DNA of 64,000 bases from an uncultured delta proteobacterium. Its GTDB lineage: Bacteria > Myxococcota > Myxococcia > Myxococcales > Anaeromyxobacteraceae. The notes beneath the pieces are model-generated. The model did not search any database, had not been told where the DNA came from, and was given only the letters and a program-made list of their open reading frames with translations. The stretch is from the NCBI GenBank assembly GCA_963828255.1, contig CAWHDZ010000011.1:64001-128000 (forward strand), written 5' to 3'. Within the stretch, counting starts at the first letter, position 1; the number at the start of each line of letters is the position of its first letter. The translations under genes were made by a program, and so were the position numbers. Shown here one piece after another: positions 10,234 to 21,286 of this stretch.

Positions 10234-11390
10234 GTGAAACACGCCTGGTCGTCGTCGCGCCCGACTCCTTCAAGGGGAGCCTGTCGGCCGTGCAGGCCGC
10301 CGAGGCCATGGAGCGCGGCGTCCTCGATGCCTGGCCCGATTCACGGGTCGTGAAGATCCCCATCGCCGACGGAGGCGAAGGTACGGTGGAGGCGCTGGTC
10401 ACCGCCACCTGCGGTCGCTACCGGACCTGCACGGTGCGCGGACCGCTGGGGCGTCCGGTCGAGGCCCGCTGGGGGGTCCTGGGCGACGGAAGGACCGCGG
10501 TCGTCGAGATGGCGGCGGCCTCCGGGCTGACGCTCGTGCCCGAGGGGCGGCGCGACCCGCGCATCGCATCCACGTTCGGCACGGGACAGCTCATCCGGGC
10601 GGTGCTCGACGCCGGGTTCAGGCGCCTCGTGATCGGCATCGGTGGGAGCGCCACCAACGACGGCGGCTCCGGGATGGCGAAGGCGCTGGGCGTGCGACTG
10701 CTGGACGGCCGCGGCGACACCCTGCCCGAGGGAGGAGCCGCGCTGTCCCGCCTGGCCTCGGTCGACCTCTCCCGGGTCGATCCGCGCCTGGCCGCAACGG
10801 AGATCCTGGTGGCCTGCGACGTGGACAACCCGCTCACCGGCCCGCGTGGCGCCTCGGCCGTCTACGGGCCGCAGAAGGGCGCGACACCGGCCGTGGTCGC
10901 CGAGCTCGACGCGGCGCTCGAACGCTATGCGGCGGTCTCCAGCGGGGCCACCGGGCGCGACGTGGCGGGGCTGCCGGGCGCCGGGGCGGCCGGAGGGCTC
11001 GGGGCGGGACTCCTCCTCTTCACGCCGGCGAGGCTCGTGCCCGGGATCGACCTGGTCCTCGACTCCACCCGGTTCGACGACCAGGTCCGTGGCGCCAGGC
11101 TGGTCGTGGTGGGCGAGGGGCGCACCGACCACCAGACGGCCATGGGAAAGGCGCCGGTGGGCGTGGCCCGGGTCGCCTCGCGCCATGGGGTCCCGGTGCT
11201 CCTGGTCTCGGGCAGCCTGGGGCCGGGCGCGGAGGAGGTCCTCGCCCACGGAATCGGACGGATCGTGCAGGCCTCCCCACCGGAGATGCCGCTCCAGGAG
11301 GCCATGGCCCGGGCAGCCGAGCTGCTCCAGGCGGCGGTCGCTGCGTCCCTCCGCGTCCTCTCAACCCCATCCACCCGAGGTGCGCCATGA
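10230..11390 (+). CDS. Glycerate kinase (GlxK/GarK family)
   Basis: APDSFKGSLSA, ADGGEGT, GGSATNDGG and GAGAAGG motifs; GTG start overlaps the upstream stop. Confidence 0.93.
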   Translation: MSETRLVVVAPDSFKGSLSAVQAAEAMERGVLDAWPDSRVVKIPIADGGEGTVEALVTATCGRYRTCTVRGPLGRPVEARWGVLGDGRTAVVEMAAASGLTLVPEGRRDPRIASTFGTGQLIRAVLDAGFRRLVIGIGGSATNDGGSGMAKALGVRLLDGRGDTLPEGGAALSRLASVDLSRVDPRLAATEILVACDVDNPLTGPRGASAVYGPQKGATPAVVAELDAALERYAAVSSGATGRDVAGLPGAGAAGGLGAGLLLFTPARLVPGIDLVLDSTRFDDQVRGARLVVVGEGRTDHQTAMGKAPVGVARVASRHGVPVLLVSGSLGPGAEEVLAHGIGRIVQASPPEMPLQEAMARAAELLQAAVAASLRVLSTPSTRGAP

Positions 11391-12919
11391 AGGCGTCACG
11401 CAAGGACGGTCCCAGGAAGAGCATCTTCGACGAGACGATGGAGCCCTTCTACCGGGCGGCCGACCTCATCCACCTCGACCCGCGGGTCCAGCTCGAGCTC
11501 GAGGAGCCCGACTTCGAGCACATCTTCTACATCACCATCGAGACCCGGGACCGGCTGGTCCCGGTGACCAAGGAGGAGGAGGCCCACTTCAAGGACCTCC
11601 CCGCCTCCTCGGTGAAGGCCGGCGAGGCCCTCGAGCCGCTGGCCAACGGGCAGTTCGTCCTCCACCGCCGCGCCCTGCTCAAGGCGGACATCACGCTCCG
11701 TGAAGGAGTGCTGCGCATCCCCAAGCGCGGACTCTTCCGGATCGAGAAGGGCGGCCCCAAGAAGTTCAAGGCCTACCGCATCCAGTACAACCAGGTCCGC
11801 GGCCCCTACAAGGGCGGGGTCCGCTACCACAAGGACGTCTCCCTCGACCTCTTCAAGGCGCTGGCCGCCGACATGACCTGGAAGACGGCCATCGTGGACA
11901 TCCCCTTCGGAGGGGCCAAGGGCGGGGTGCGCATCGACCCCTCCGCCTACTCCAAGGAGGAGATCGAGCACGTCACGCTGCGCTTCATCTACAAGCTGAA
12001 GAACCTCATCGGTCCCTACGTGGACATCCCCGCCCCGGACGTCAACACCAACCCGGAGATCATGGCGAAGATGATGCGCCAGTTCACCGACGGGGCCGCC
12101 ACGCCCCACGCCATGCGCGGGGTGGTGACCGGCAAGGACGTCCGCATCGGCGGCTCCGAGGGGCGCGCCAAGGCCACCGGCCAGGGCACCGTCTACTGCC
12201 TGGAGGAGTGGGCCCGCTGGCGCGGCGAGAGCCTGGCCGGCAAGCGGGTCCTCGTGCAGGGTTTCGGCAACGTGGGCACCGCCTCGGCCGAGATCCTCCA
12301 CGCCATGGGGGCGAAGGTGGTGGGCGTGCAGGACGCCTACGGAACCGTGGTGAACGAGAAGGGGCTCGACATCCCGGCGCTCCTGGCCCACGCCGCCGGC
12401 CCGGAGAACCTCCGCCGCTCGGTGGATGGGTTCCCCGGAGGCGCCAGCGCCCCGCGGGACGGGTTCTGGAAGATCGACGCCGAGATCGCCATCCCGGCCG
12501 CGCTGGGCGGCTCCATCACCGGCGACGTGGCCGAGGGGCTCAAGGTGCAGGTGGTGGCCGAGGCCGCCAACGGCCCCACCACGCCGGACGGCGACAGGGT
12601 GCTGCGCGACCGGAAGATCGACCTCATCCCGGACATCGTCTGCAACGCCGGGGGCGTCACGGTCTCCTACTACGAGTGGCTCCAGAACCTGCGCATGGAG
12701 CACTGGAGCGAGGCCGAGGTGAACAACCGACTGGAGCGGGCCATGAAGGCCAACTTCGGCATCATCCACGACATCGCCAACGACAGCCCGCAGAAGACCC
12801 CGCTCTACGATTCGCGCCGGTTCGCGGTGGGCAAGAAGATCGACATGCGCACGGCGGCCATGGCGCTCGCCCTGCGCCGCATCGAGAACCACTACCTCCT
12901 CGAGGGGTTCTCGCAGTAG
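11387..12919 (+). CDS. Glu/Leu/Phe/Val (glutamate) dehydrogenase with N-terminal insertion
   Basis: GPYKGGVRY, PFGGAKGG, DIPAPDV, QGFGNVG, EAANGP and NAGGVTVSYYEW motifs. Confidence 0.93.
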   Translation: MKASRKDGPRKSIFDETMEPFYRAADLIHLDPRVQLELEEPDFEHIFYITIETRDRLVPVTKEEEAHFKDLPASSVKAGEALEPLANGQFVLHRRALLKADITLREGVLRIPKRGLFRIEKGGPKKFKAYRIQYNQVRGPYKGGVRYHKDVSLDLFKALAADMTWKTAIVDIPFGGAKGGVRIDPSAYSKEEIEHVTLRFIYKLKNLIGPYVDIPAPDVNTNPEIMAKMMRQFTDGAATPHAMRGVVTGKDVRIGGSEGRAKATGQGTVYCLEEWARWRGESLAGKRVLVQGFGNVGTASAEILHAMGAKVVGVQDAYGTVVNEKGLDIPALLAHAAGPENLRRSVDGFPGGASAPRDGFWKIDAEIAIPAALGGSITGDVAEGLKVQVVAEAANGPTTPDGDRVLRDRKIDLIPDIVCNAGGVTVSYYEWLQNLRMEHWSEAEVNNRLERAMKANFGIIHDIANDSPQKTPLYDSRRFAVGKKIDMRTAAMALALRRIENHYLLEGFSQ

Positions 12920-12926
12920 CCAGCCG

Positions 12927-14552
12927 TCACGTGTCGTCGCCGCAGATCGCCGGGAGGAACTCGTCCCGGCGATCCGCGAGCAGCCTGGCCTCCCTGGGAA
13001 TGCCCTTCCGGAAGGCCCAGGCCCCGATGAGGCCCAGGACCCCCCACCCCGCCACGAGCCTCGCCGGCGACTCGGCGCGCAGGGCGAGGAGCGCCGGGAC
13101 GGAGAAGAGCGCCATGGTCGCCGAGATGATCCCCATCCCGATCAGGCCGGAGAAGGCCGAGACGGCCGAGCTCCGCTGGATGGCGAACGACGCCGCCTTG
13201 GGGCGGAGGATCGACACCAGGTTCCCGGACAGGAGGAGCCACGGCGCCATCGCCGCGTGGAGCACGACCGCCCCGCCGAAGGCCCACCATGGCGCCGCCC
13301 CCTTCCCCAGCGCGGCCATGACGGCCGCCGACAGGAGAAGGAGGAGGAGGCTGTAGAGGTAGAGGACGAGCGCCTTGGCGCGGAGCACCGCGCCGAGGTC
13401 GATCGGGGCGAGGAAGAAGGCCCGGATCCCGCCTCGCTCCCATCCGAAGGCGTTCAGCCAGAAGGCCTGCAGGAGCAGGTGCGCGTAGACGGCGGCGCCG
13501 AAGAGCGGCAGCGCGCGGATCACCTCGCCTGCCTCGGCGGGGATGCGCGGCTCCACCTTCAGGGTCACGAAGGCCATGATGGCCGGGGCGAGGAAGGCGT
13601 CCACCCGGGCCAGCGGCTGCCGGAAGAGGTACCGGGCCTCCTTCTCGACGAGCGCGCCGAAGCGGCCGCCCCGGAACCCCCGGCCGACCGGGGACGGCCG
13701 GCCGGGCGCCCCCTCCCCCGACGATCCGGCGCCGCGGGCCTGCCAGATCGCGAGCCCGTAAGACATCCACCCGGTGAGCGCGGTGACGAGGGCGAGGCCG
13801 GCGAACCAGGGCAGGCTGGCCAGCGTGCGCCCCGCGAAGAGGTCCCGGGCTGCTGCCGCCGAGAGGGCCGCCGGCCAGGCGAGCCACTGGAGCACCTTGA
13901 GCGTGGGCAGGAGGTCCACCGCGGCCCGGAACGGCCTGTCGGAGGACCAGAGGAGGATCGCCAGCACGCCAACCGAGAGGCCGACCGAGCCGAGCATGGC
14001 CCATTCGCGGATCCGGCGGGTGGTGAGGACCGCCGCGAGCACCTCCTGGACGAGCGCCACGACGATGACCGTCGCCACGGCGAAGAGGACGAGCAGGACG
14101 AGCAGCAGGAGGATCCACGGGCCTGGCCGGGCCACGGCCGCGCCCACGAGCACTCCGCCCAGCATCGCGCCCCACACGACCCCCATGGGATCGCCCACGA
14201 TGCCCGTCAGCAGTCCCATGGCGTAGACCCTGCCGGGCGGGATGGGGAAGACCAGGAATCGGCGCAGGTCGAGCCCCTCCCGGTCGTTCAGGGTGAGGCT
14301 CACCGCGCTCCAGGTCTGCCAGATCCCGAAGAAGATGGCCGCGGCGCCCACCTCGGCGCGCAGCCCGCTGCCGGCCCGGACGGCCTGGAAGGCGCCGAAG
14401 CCGATGGCCACGGCGAACCCGATGCCGATCGGGACTGCGATGGCGAGGAGCACCACGGTCGCCACTCCCTCGACGATCCCACCGCGGGAGGTGAAGCGGC
14501 GCCAGAGGAGCAGGGCCCGCAGCTCCACCAGGGCCCGCAAAGCCGAGGTCAC
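12927..14552 (-). CDS. ABC exporter permease
   Basis: Many TM segments; coupled to the upstream ABC ATPase. Confidence 0.8.
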   Translation of the reverse strand: MTSALRALVELRALLLWRRFTSRGGIVEGVATVVLLAIAVPIGIGFAVAIGFGAFQAVRAGSGLRAEVGAAAIFFGIWQTWSAVSLTLNDREGLDLRRFLVFPIPPGRVYAMGLLTGIVGDPMGVVWGAMLGGVLVGAAVARPGPWILLLLVLLVLFAVATVIVVALVQEVLAAVLTTRRIREWAMLGSVGLSVGVLAILLWSSDRPFRAAVDLLPTLKVLQWLAWPAALSAAAARDLFAGRTLASLPWFAGLALVTALTGWMSYGLAIWQARGAGSSGEGAPGRPSPVGRGFRGGRFGALVEKEARYLFRQPLARVDAFLAPAIMAFVTLKVEPRIPAEAGEVIRALPLFGAAVYAHLLLQAFWLNAFGWERGGIRAFFLAPIDLGAVLRAKALVLYLYSLLLLLLSAAVMAALGKGAAPWWAFGGAVVLHAAMAPWLLLSGNLVSILRPKAASFAIQRSSAVSAFSGLIGMGIISATMALFSVPALLALRAESPARLVAGWGVLGLIGAWAFRKGIPREARLLADRRDEFLPAICGDDT

Positions 14553-15334
14553 TCCCCGGACTCCTGCGCGCCGAGCCAGGAGAGTCCGGGCCCTGCTGCG
14601 GGACGCTCGTCCCCCACCAGGCGGATGAAGGTCTCCTCGAGGGATCCGGTGGCCCGCACCTCCTCGAGCGACCCCTGCGCGATGAGCTTCCCACGGTGGA
14701 TGATCCCGACGTGGGTGACGAGCCGCTCCACCACCTCGAGGACGTGGCTGGTCAGGAAGATGGTGAGGGATCGCCGTGCAACCAGATCCTGCAGCATCCG
14801 CCGGATCCCGGAGACCGCCACCGCGTCGATCCCCTCGAAGGGCTCGTCGAGGAAGAGCAGCTCCGGTCCGTGGATGAGCGCGCAGGCCAGCGCCAGCTTC
14901 TTCTTCATTCCGTGGCTGTAATCCTGGACGAGCTTGCCCCCCTCGGAGGCCAGCTCCATCGCCTCGAGCAGCTCGGTGGCGCGGCGGGCGGCCACGGCCC
15001 GGTCGAGCCCGTAGAGCTGCCCCTGGATGCGCAGCATCTCGCCGCCGGAGAGCCGCTCGAAGAGGGCCAGGCCGTCGGGGACGACCCCAATCCGACCCTT
15101 CACCGAGAGTCCGTCACGGGAGAGGTCGGCGCCGAGGACGCGGGCCACCCCGGAGGTGGGGCGGAGCAGGCCGGTGAGCATCTTCATGGTGGTGCTCTTG
15201 CCCGCGCCGTTCGGCCCCAGGAAGCCGTAGAACGCACCCGCCGGGACGCGCAGGTCGAGCGAGGCGACGGCGGGCTTTCCGTCGAAGAGGCGGGAGAGGC
15301 CGCGCGTCTCGACCGCCAGGGACGGTTCGCTCAT
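14549..15334 (-). CDS. ABC transporter ATP-binding protein
   Basis: GPNGAGKST, YSHGMKKK and FLDEP motifs. Confidence 0.95.
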   Translation of the reverse strand: MSEPSLAVETRGLSRLFDGKPAVASLDLRVPAGAFYGFLGPNGAGKSTTMKMLTGLLRPTSGVARVLGADLSRDGLSVKGRIGVVPDGLALFERLSGGEMLRIQGQLYGLDRAVAARRATELLEAMELASEGGKLVQDYSHGMKKKLALACALIHGPELLFLDEPFEGIDAVAVSGIRRMLQDLVARRSLTIFLTSHVLEVVERLVTHVGIIHRGKLIAQGSLEEVRATGSLEETFIRLVGDERPAAGPGLSWLGAQESGE

Positions 15335-15338
15335 CCGG

Positions 15339-15716
15339 CTAGTGCAGGGCGCGCTGCGCCTCGCCTCGGGCCTCGAAGTAGAGGAAGCGGACCCCCATCC
15401 CGTGGACGGCGGCATGCACGTCCTGGCCGGCCTTGCGCCCGACCAGGTGGCAGACGTAGCGGACCTCCCCCACGGCGGTCATGTCGCCGGACTCGGACGG
15501 GAAGGAGACCTGCACCTGGGAGCCGATGGGGTGCGGCGTGGCGGTCTCCACGAACATTCCGCCCTCGGAGATGTTGCGCGCGATGCCCATCCCGCATCCG
15601 TGAAGCCCCTCGAGCCAGACGGGGAAGACCTTGTCGAGCCTGGATCCCGTCCGCCGGTCGGAAGGCTGCGACCGGGGCGGCTGCTCTTCCTCGACTGCTC
15701 GGCGGAACCAGGACAT
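15339..15716 (-). CDS. PilZ domain protein
   Basis: RRxxxR and NISEGG motifs; GMGVRF. Confidence 0.85.
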   Translation of the reverse strand: MSWFRRAVEEEQPPRSQPSDRRTGSRLDKVFPVWLEGLHGCGMGIARNISEGGMFVETATPHPIGSQVQVSFPSESGDMTAVGEVRYVCHLVGRKAGQDVHAAVHGMGVRFLYFEARGEAQRALH

Positions 15717-15736
15717 GGAGTGAACCTCCGCCGTGA

Positions 15737-15765
15737 ACGGTACGGCGGAGGCCCGGTGTCGTCAA
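15737..15765 (-). promoter_or_regulatory. Putative sigma70 promoter of the PilZ-ABC genes
   Basis: TTGACG-N17-TACCGT. Confidence 0.45.
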
Positions 15766-15797
15766 ACTTCCTACCCTTGCCTACATCCCCTTGGGGG

Positions 15798-17393
<1,596 letters not shown>

Positions 17394-17477
17394 GGAGCCT
17401 CTCTCACGGGATGGTTGGATGGAAAGCACGGTGGAAACGCCGATGGGCACCGGGCCTATTCCCCGGGCCCCGGGGAG

Positions 17478-17630
17478 TCAGGCACGCGCGAGCCGGCCGA
17501 CCCGGACCCGGGCAGCCCGGAGCACCCGGTCGCCGATCCGCCACCCCGGGCGAAGTTCCTCGACCAGGGTCCCGTCCTGGGCCTCGTCGTCCACCGCGAG
17601 GAGGTCGATGGCCTCGGCGGTGCGGGGGTT
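17478..17630 (-). pseudogene. grpE: C-terminal ~50 aa of GrpE
   Basis: NPRTAEAIDLLAVDDEAQDGTLVEELRPGWRIGDRVLRAARVRVG matches the GrpE beta-domain pattern FDP..HEA...V.E....GY.L.DRVLRPA.V.V; N-terminal portion absent. Confidence 0.75.
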
Positions 17631-17667
17631 CCTCCCGCGACACAACCTAAGTACCGGTCGGGCCGTG

Positions 17668-18081
17668 TCAATTCGAAAGGGGGCCGCCGGGCTCGAGACC
17701 CAGGAGCTTCGCGACCGTCTTCTCGTCGGCGGCCGGGAACTCGAACTGGTCGAGCTCGTCCGGACGGACCCACCGGTGGTCGTGCACCCGCGCGTTCTGG
17801 ATCGCGCCTGCCCTGATCTCGCACCGGTAGACGCAGAAGTCGATGTCGTAGCTGGCGTAGGAATGCTGGACGTGGATGAGCCGCTCCCCGACCCGGATGG
17901 AGATGTCCATCTCCTCCTCGATCTCGCGGGCCAGCGCGGCCTCGTCCGTCTCCCCCTCCTCCACCCGGCCGCCCGGGAACTCCCAGAGGAGCGGCAGCGA
18001 GGCGGTCGGCGATCGCTGGGTGATGAGGTAGCGGCCGTCCTTCTCGATCATCGCGCCCACGACCCGGATCTTGCGCCGCAT
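17668..18081 (-). CDS. NUDIX hydrolase (MutT/NudG-like)
   Basis: WEFPGGRVEEGET..AL.REI.EE Nudix box. Confidence 0.92.
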   Translation of the reverse strand: MRRKIRVVGAMIEKDGRYLITQRSPTASLPLLWEFPGGRVEEGETDEAALAREIEEEMDISIRVGERLIHVQHSYASYDIDFCVYRCEIRAGAIQNARVHDHRWVRPDELDQFEFPAADEKTVAKLLGLEPGGPLSN

Positions 18082-18137
18082 GCCCCCTCCGCCCCTCCTG
18101 CCGCCTTGCCGGCGAAGCATTGTAGAATCGCCGGACC

Positions 18138-19532
18138 ATGGCGTCCATCCGCTTCCTCGGCGCGGCGGGAACCGTCACCGGATCCCGCTTCCTCGTCGAG
18201 GCGGCGGGCCGGCGGGTCCTCGTCGACGCAGGCCTGTTCCAGGGCATGAAGGAGTTCCGGCTGCGCAACTGGGCGCCCTTCCCGGTTCCCCCCGACTCGA
18301 TCGACGCGGTGGTCCTGACGCACGCCCACATCGACCACTCGGGCGCCCTCCCCCTGCTCTGCCGGGCCGGCTTCCGGGGGGAGACCTTCTGCACCCCGGC
18401 CACGGCCGACCTGGCCCGCATCATGCTGCCCGACTCGGCGAAGCTCCAGGAGGAGGAGGCCCGGTACGCCAACGCCAAGGGCTACTCGCGCCACGCACCC
18501 CGCGCCCTCCCGCTCTACGAGGCCGCCGACGCGGTGGCGGCGCTGGAGACGCTGCGGACGCTCCGCTACGGCAAGCCCCGCGAGATCCTGCCCGGGTTCA
18601 CCCTGGGTTATTCCCGGGCCGGGCACATCCTGGGGAGCGCCTCGGCGAGGCTGACCGTTGCCGGGGCCTCCGGCCAGCTCGTCCGCATCCTCTTCTCCGG
18701 CGACCTGGGGCGCTACGACGCCCCCATCCTCCCCGATCCCGAGCCCCCGCCGGAGTGCGACTTCCTGGTGGTGGAGTCCACCTATGGCGACCGGACCCAC
18801 CCTCCCGACACGGCCGCCGCATCGCTGGAGCGGGAGGTCCTCGCCGCCGTGGCCCGCGGGGGAGCCATCCTGATCCCCGCCTTCGCCATCGGCCGCACCC
18901 AGGAGGTGCTCTTCCTCCTGCGGGAACTCGAGCAGTCCGGGCGCATCCCGTCCCTTCCGGTCTTCGTCGACTCCCCCATGGCCACCGACGCGACGCCCGT
19001 CTACCGGGCCCACCGGGAGGACCACGACACCCACATGGACGCCCTGCTCGACCGGGGCGTCGAGCCGCTCCGCCCGCGGAGGCTCACCTTCACCCGGAGC
19101 ACCGAGGAGTCGAAGGCCGTCAACCGCGTTCACGGTCCGTGCATCATCATCTCGGCCTCCGGGATGGCCACCGGCGGGCGCGTCCTCCACCACCTGGAGC
19201 GGCGCCTTCCCGAGCCGTCCACGACGGTCCTCCTGGTCGGATTCCAGGCCGCCGGGACCCGCGGCTGGCGGCTGCAGAACGGCGCCGAGACCGTCCGGAT
19301 GCACGGGAAGGACGTCCCGGTCCGGGCCCGCGTCGTCTCCCTCCCCGGTTTCTCGGCCCACGGGGACCGGGACGAGGTGGCGCGCTGGCTCGACGGGGCC
19401 CCCACGCCGCCCCGGAGGACGTTCTGCGTCCACGGCGAGCCCACGGCCCTCTCCGCCCAGGCGGAGCGAATCGCCGCCCGCGGCTGGGAGGTCCACGTCC
19501 CCTCCCACCTCGAGACGGTGGAGCTGGGTTGA
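18138..19532 (+). CDS. MBL-fold beta-CASP ribonuclease-like protein
   Basis: THAHIDHSG, GHILGSA, FSGDLG, ESTYG, SGMATGGR, FSAHGD and VHGE motifs. Confidence 0.93.
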   Translation: MASIRFLGAAGTVTGSRFLVEAAGRRVLVDAGLFQGMKEFRLRNWAPFPVPPDSIDAVVLTHAHIDHSGALPLLCRAGFRGETFCTPATADLARIMLPDSAKLQEEEARYANAKGYSRHAPRALPLYEAADAVAALETLRTLRYGKPREILPGFTLGYSRAGHILGSASARLTVAGASGQLVRILFSGDLGRYDAPILPDPEPPPECDFLVVESTYGDRTHPPDTAAASLEREVLAAVARGGAILIPAFAIGRTQEVLFLLRELEQSGRIPSLPVFVDSPMATDATPVYRAHREDHDTHMDALLDRGVEPLRPRRLTFTRSTEESKAVNRVHGPCIIISASGMATGGRVLHHLERRLPEPSTTVLLVGFQAAGTRGWRLQNGAETVRMHGKDVPVRARVVSLPGFSAHGDRDEVARWLDGAPTPPRRTFCVHGEPTALSAQAERIAARGWEVHVPSHLETVELG

Positions 19533-20380
19533 TCCCCGGGCCACGCGGAGGGCGCGTCGTCCTGCTCGACGGGGGCATGGGGACGGCGCTCCTCGCCCGA
19601 GGCCTCCCGGCGGATCTCCTCCCCGAGGCCTGGGTCCTCCACCGACCGTGGGAGGTGGCCGCCGTCCACGCGTCCCACGCCGGCGCGGGCGCCGAGGTCC
19701 TCCTCACCTGCACCTTCAACCTGGCCCGGCTCGACCTGGCCGGACCCGATCTCGACGCCTTCGAGGTGTCGCGACGGGCGGTGGCGCTGGCTCGCCTGGC
19801 CCGCCCGGAGGCGGTCGCGGGCTGCGTCGGGGCGACCGGCCTCTCCACCCGGCGAGGGCGTGGACCGGCCCCCGCGGAGTACCGCGAGCGGTACGGCCTG
19901 GCCTGCCGCGCGCTCGCCGTGGCGGGCGCGGACCTGATCTGGATCGAGACCCAGCTCGGCCGCGAGGAGGCCCGCGCGGCGGTGGCGGCGGGGCGAGCGA
20001 CCGGCCTCCCGGTGGTGGTCACCGCCTTCCTGGTCCCGGCTCCCGGGGGGATGGCCGCCCTCGATGGCTCCCCGGGCGTCGACCTCCTCGAGGCGCTCTG
20101 GAGGGACGGCGCGGCGGCGGTGGGGGTGAACTGCGTGGCGCCGGATGCGGCGCTCATCCGGATCGCCGCCCAGGCGGCCGCGCGGATCCCCGTGCCACTG
20201 GTGGTGAAGCCAAACGCGGGACTCCCCGGGGCGCCGGTCGGACCGGCCGCGTTCGCGGCAGGCGTGGCTGCGGCGATCCGCGCGGGCGCGAGCCTGGCCG
20301 GGGGATGCTGCGGGGCGGGGGCGGAACACCTCCGGATGCTGGCCACCGCGACGGGCCGGGGACTTCAGGCGCGCGGGTAG
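19529..20380 (+). CDS. Stand-alone homocysteine S-methyltransferase-family protein (MetH Hcy-binding domain-like)
   Basis: LLDGGMGT, GVNC, KPNAGLP and GGCCG motifs. Confidence 0.85.
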   Translation: MIPGPRGGRVVLLDGGMGTALLARGLPADLLPEAWVLHRPWEVAAVHASHAGAGAEVLLTCTFNLARLDLAGPDLDAFEVSRRAVALARLARPEAVAGCVGATGLSTRRGRGPAPAEYRERYGLACRALAVAGADLIWIETQLGREEARAAVAAGRATGLPVVVTAFLVPAPGGMAALDGSPGVDLLEALWRDGAAAVGVNCVAPDAALIRIAAQAAARIPVPLVVKPNAGLPGAPVGPAAFAAGVAAAIRAGASLAGGCCGAGAEHLRMLATATGRGLQARG

Positions 20381-21183
20381 GATCCGAGGAGCAGCATCAT
20401 GTGCACCTGCCGGCGGACGCCGGCGAGCGCGTCGGCGCACTCGGGTTCGGCGCGGTGCCCCTCGAAGTCCAGGAAGAAGACGTAGTGTCCGACCGCAGTC
20501 TTGGTGGGACGGCTCTCGATGCGGGAGAGGTTGATGCGCCTCGTGGCGAACTCGGCGATGACCTCGTAGAGGCCGCCGGGCCGGTCGCGGTCGAGGGTGA
20601 ATGCGATGCTGGTGCGGTCGCGTCCGGTGGCCTTGCCGTCCTCCCGGGACAGCAGGAGGAACCGGGTGGCGTTCTCGGCCGCGTCCTGGATGGAGGGAGC
20701 GAGGATGGCGAGGCCGTAGCGTTCCGCAGCACCGCGGCCGCCCACCGCGGCGATACCCGGCTCCTCCGCAACCCGACGGGCCGCGTCCGCGGTGGAGAGC
20801 GTCGGCTCGGTGGGGATGCCAGGGAGGCGCAGCCGCAGGAATGCCGAGCACTGGCCGAGGGCCTGGGGGTGGGAGAGCACGCGCCGGATGGAGGCGAGAT
20901 CGGCGCCGGCGCGGACCAGCAGGTGCTGCTCGACCGGAAGCACGAGTTCCTGCCGGATGCGAAGGCCGGGGCGGTGGACCAGGAGGTCGAGCGTGGCCCC
21001 CACCGCCCCCTCGATGGAGTTCTCCACCGGGAGGAGCGCGACGTCCACCTGGCCCGACAGGGCGGCCTCGTAGGCGTCGGCGAAGCTCGGGAACGGCTGG
21101 CGCTCGGCCCCCGCCAGCGCCGGACAGCGGGAGACGGCCTCCTCGCTGAAGGTTCCGGGTGGACCCAGGTAGGCGACGCGCAT
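20365..21183 (-). CDS. pheA: Prephenate dehydratase
   Basis: YLGPPGTFS, LPVENSIEG, SHPQALGQC, NATRF and ACT-domain IESRP. Confidence 0.95.
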   Translation of the reverse strand: MRVAYLGPPGTFSEEAVSRCPALAGAERQPFPSFADAYEAALSGQVDVALLPVENSIEGAVGATLDLLVHRPGLRIRQELVLPVEQHLLVRAGADLASIRRVLSHPQALGQCSAFLRLRLPGIPTEPTLSTADAARRVAEEPGIAAVGGRGAAERYGLAILAPSIQDAAENATRFLLLSREDGKATGRDRTSIAFTLDRDRPGGLYEVIAEFATRRINLSRIESRPTKTAVGHYVFFLDFEGHRAEPECADALAGVRRQVHMMLLLGSYPRA

Positions 21184-21286
21184 GGGACTTTTCTAGCAGG
21201 GGTGCGGGAAGCTGTCTCCTTCGCCGCCCCGACGGACCGGCGCCACGGTCTGGTAGAATCCGCCCTCACGCGTTGCCGGAGGTGGG

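Noticed and set aside
8628..11390. Apparent 920-aa glycerate kinase fusion; likewise 18071..20380, 25797..27893, 28114..30738, 35759..38581 and 59140..61656
   Set aside because: The N-terminal parts are off-frame readings of upstream genes; real starts are further downstream.
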